64,000 nucleotides of DNA from Candidatus Woesearchaeota archaeon (GTDB taxonomy: Archaea; Nanobdellota; Nanobdellia; Pacearchaeales; GW2011-AR1), in the NCBI GenBank assembly GCA_964530955.1, contig CAZHCL010000003.1, forward strand, positions 1,153-65,152, given 5' to 3'. A model generated the notes under the pieces. The model ran no database searches, was not told the origin of the DNA, and saw only the letters and a list, made by a program, of their open reading frames with translations. The translations under genes and the position numbers were made by a program. Shown here piece after piece: positions 61,786 to 64,000 of the stretch; within the stretch, counting starts at the first letter, position 1; the number at the start of each line of letters is the position of its first letter.

Positions 61786-63414
61786 ATGATGAAAAATTTC
61801 AAGAAAAATAAAGACTTCAAAGGAAGACCTAAGGGAAAATTTGAGTCTTTCAAAGAATTTGTACATGCAGATGAAGCAGAGCTAGGTTCCATAGATGCCT
61901 CCCAGAAAGGAAATAACCTCATTGTAACAGGTTTAATTGACCAGATAGAGCAAACAGGTGGTCCTACAATACTTTACCTAAACGATGGAACAGGAATACT
62001 CGCTCTTAAGGCTTTTGAGGGAGCAGGGGTCCGCGCATATCCTGAAATTGACGTCGGAGATCCAGTAAAAGCTACAGTTGCAATCCAAGAATATAACGGA
62101 GAATTGGAAGGCGAAGTAAGCAAATTGCAAAAACTCAATCCAGAAGAAAAGCAAGTTATGCTTAAAAAAATCGCAGATTTGCAGAGAAAAAGAGCCGAAG
62201 TTAAAGATATGCCTTTCTTAGTCAAAGAGAAAATACTTGACAAATTAAAAGACAGATTTATCAAAGCAGCTACAGAGATTAGACTTGCAATAATACAGAA
62301 CAGGCCAATAATAATAAGACATCATAACGATACAGATGGATATTCTTCAGGCTATTCTTTAGAGAGAGCAATTTTACCTTTAATTACAAAACAGCATATT
62401 TCAGTCAAGTCAGCCTGGGAATTTTACACTCGTGCTCCTGTAAATGCTCCAATGTATGAAATGGAAGATTCAATAAGAGATACAGTGCATTCTCTTTCTA
62501 ACGCGGCAAAATTCTCAAACAAAATGCCTCTCGTTTTAATTGTTGATACTGGTTCAGGAGAGAAAGACGTTTTAGGAATAAAACAGGGAAAAGTTCACGG
62601 AATAGATTTCATTGTAGTAGACCATCACGCATTCGATTCTGATTTGATATCAAAAGAAACACTAGTTCATATAAATCCTTTCCTAGTAGGAGAAGACGGA
62701 GCAAAGTTCTCTGCGGGAATGCTTTGCACAGAACTTGCAAGATTTATCAATCCTGATCCAGAACTGAACATATTGCAAATTCCAGCAATGGCAGGACTTG
62801 CAGACAGGATTGACAACGCTCCCGTTATGAAAGAATACCTTTCTCTTGCTGAAAAGAAAGGGTACAATAAATCTCTTTTAGGAGATATAGCAACAGTAAT
62901 AGATTTTGTTTCCTCAAAATTAAGGTTCATGGAAGCAAGAGAATATATTGAAGTATTATTCGGAGAGCCTATGAGCAAGCAAAAGGCGCTTGTTGAGCTT
63001 CTCGTCCCTTACATAAGAGATATGGAGAAGAAAGGTGTTGCGATAGCAAAAGAAGCAGCAAGTTCAGAAAAGATTAAAGAAATAACTGTTCAGTCTATTG
63101 AAATAGAAAGCACTTTCGCAAGAGGATTTTATCCAAAACCAGGAAAATGTGTAGGTCTTTTGCACGACTATGCCTATGAGGAAAAGAAAATAAGCAAATT
63201 AGTTACTCTGGGCTTGATGAACGATGGAATTATAATAAGAGCTACTGCAGAATCCACTTTCTCAACGAATGAGCTTGTAGATTATCTTCAAAAGTCAGTT
63301 CCAAAAGCCTTTGTAGAGGGCGGTGGTCACAAACAGGCAGGTTCAATCAGATTTCTCCCAGTTAGGAAAGCCGAAGTCCTGCAAGCCATTAAGACCTATA
63401 TTAAGGGGCTTTAG
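61786..63414 (+). CDS. RecJ/Cdc45-like DHH phosphoesterase with an N-terminal OB-fold
   Basis: IIRHHNDTDGYSSG and FIVVDHH are DHH motifs, and GGGHKQAGS is the DHHA1 GGGH. Residues ~40-115 look like an OB-fold (LIVTGLIDQIEQTGGPTILYLNDGTG...ATVAIQEYNGELEGEV). Confidence 0.75.
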   Translation: MMKNFKKNKDFKGRPKGKFESFKEFVHADEAELGSIDASQKGNNLIVTGLIDQIEQTGGPTILYLNDGTGILALKAFEGAGVRAYPEIDVGDPVKATVAIQEYNGELEGEVSKLQKLNPEEKQVMLKKIADLQRKRAEVKDMPFLVKEKILDKLKDRFIKAATEIRLAIIQNRPIIIRHHNDTDGYSSGYSLERAILPLITKQHISVKSAWEFYTRAPVNAPMYEMEDSIRDTVHSLSNAAKFSNKMPLVLIVDTGSGEKDVLGIKQGKVHGIDFIVVDHHAFDSDLISKETLVHINPFLVGEDGAKFSAGMLCTELARFINPDPELNILQIPAMAGLADRIDNAPVMKEYLSLAEKKGYNKSLLGDIATVIDFVSSKLRFMEAREYIEVLFGEPMSKQKALVELLVPYIRDMEKKGVAIAKEAASSEKIKEITVQSIEIESTFARGFYPKPGKCVGLLHDYAYEEKKISKLVTLGLMNDGIIIRATAESTFSTNELVDYLQKSVPKAFVEGGGHKQAGSIRFLPVRKAEVLQAIKTYIKGL

Positions 63415-63492
63415 AATTAATCAATTAGTCGGGCATTTAATTGATATTTCTAGGACATAAATATTTTTAAACTAATCAATTTTCCCTAAAAT

Positions 63493-64000
63493 ATGGATAA
63501 TCTCAAGCTTCTTACTAAACTTGATATTTCTGCTACAGTTTCTCCAGCTTATGATTGGTGGTCAAGAACAAAATATCTAACAGTTGGGAGTCTTCAGGAA
63601 AAACTTAAGAAAAAACACGCGTTTATTCACTACAGCGAATTAGCTTGGTTAGAGGCAAATTTGGCTAAAACCTTAATGACTGTGAGATTTTGTAGGAAAA
63701 GAGATATTAGTCTTAAACCAGAAGTTTACCAGGTAGCAGTTCCATTAGATTTTACATTTTCCGAAGAGTATCATACCCGAGTTGTGGGGTTGGATATGGT
63801 TAATAAATATTTGAAAGTTAGTTTATCAGAATATCCAGTTAGAGAAGCAAGTTTAAAGATAGGCAGAGAGGGTCCTGCAATGGATGAAGGTACTAAGATC
63901 AAAATGGGCACGAAATTTGGAATTAGGGGAGAAATTCGAGGATTAAAAAATCAAAAAACCTTAGAAACGGCAATGCAAACTCTCAGAGTACTCCGAATTA
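63493..64000 (+). CDS. Hypothetical protein (N-terminal 169 codons; runs off the right edge)
   Basis: My translation from the ATG at 63493 (MDNLKLLTKLDISATVSPAYDWW...) stays open to the window end. An AT-rich box TTTTTAAA lies 21 nt upstream. No family recognised. Confidence 0.4.
   Translation, partial: MDNLKLLTKLDISATVSPAYDWWSRTKYLTVGSLQEKLKKKHAFIHYSELAWLEANLAKTLMTVRFCRKRDISLKPEVYQVAVPLDFTFSEEYHTRVVGLDMVNKYLKVSLSEYPVREASLKIGREGPAMDEGTKIKMGTKFGIRGEIRGLKNQKTLETAMQTLRVLRI

Noticed and set aside
1-64000. CRISPR arrays, tRNA/rRNA genes, IS elements, long tandem repeats
   Set aside because: Reading all intergenic spacers (all 454 bp or shorter) revealed no repeat-spacer periodicity, no GC-rich cloverleaf-like segments and no transposase-like ORFs. 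This was a scan by eye only. tRNAscan or Infernal should confirm it.

Overview
AT-rich (roughly one-third GC by eye), very gene-dense archaeal window with about 65 protein genes. I saw no rRNA, tRNA or CRISPR array. Archaeal identity rests on a thermosome, RtcB plus archease, AglB with WWDYG, archaeal-type ThrRS/TrpRS/ProRS, GatD, a RecJ/Cdc45-like DHH protein, and TATA boxes at a fixed ~21 nt upstream of ATG codons (leaderless mRNAs). A streamlined, possibly DPANN-type genome is my inference only. Layout: 1-2030 holds a nucleotidyltransferase and a SpoIIM-like membrane protein. 2109-34384 is a ~32 kb cell-surface glycan island. It starts with an aglB / GlcNAc-1-P transferase / flippase / ALG5-like operon. 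It also holds further GT2, GT4 and GT9 enzymes, PMT-like GT-C enzymes and a second flippase. Sugar tailoring genes include SDR epimerases, a DegT aminotransferase, a C-methyltransferase, an FkbM methyltransferase and a sugar dehydrogenase. A PAPS-synthesis operon with a pyruvate-kinase-like::ATP-sulfurylase fusion and two adjacent disrupted genes complete it. 34.5-37.5 kb holds small unknowns and thrS. 37.5-42.0 kb is a compositionally distinct block with an overlapping three-gene operon: a zinc-finger-less bacterial-type DnaG primase core, an orphan 468-aa protein with a PD-(D/E)xK-like motif, and a YprB-like DEDDh exonuclease. A papain-like orphan sits beside it. This block is my best candidate for an undescribed system. 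42-45 kb holds trpS and a surface protein. 45.3-49.4 kb is a copper-resistance cluster. 49.9-64 kb is housekeeping (CYTH, thermosome, rtcB, archease, proS, gatD, RecJ-like) mixed with orphan genes. Several ORF-track starts (TTG/GTG extensions) were re-set to internal ATGs using the TATA-to-ATG spacing rule. All family calls come from motifs read by eye; no database search was possible.
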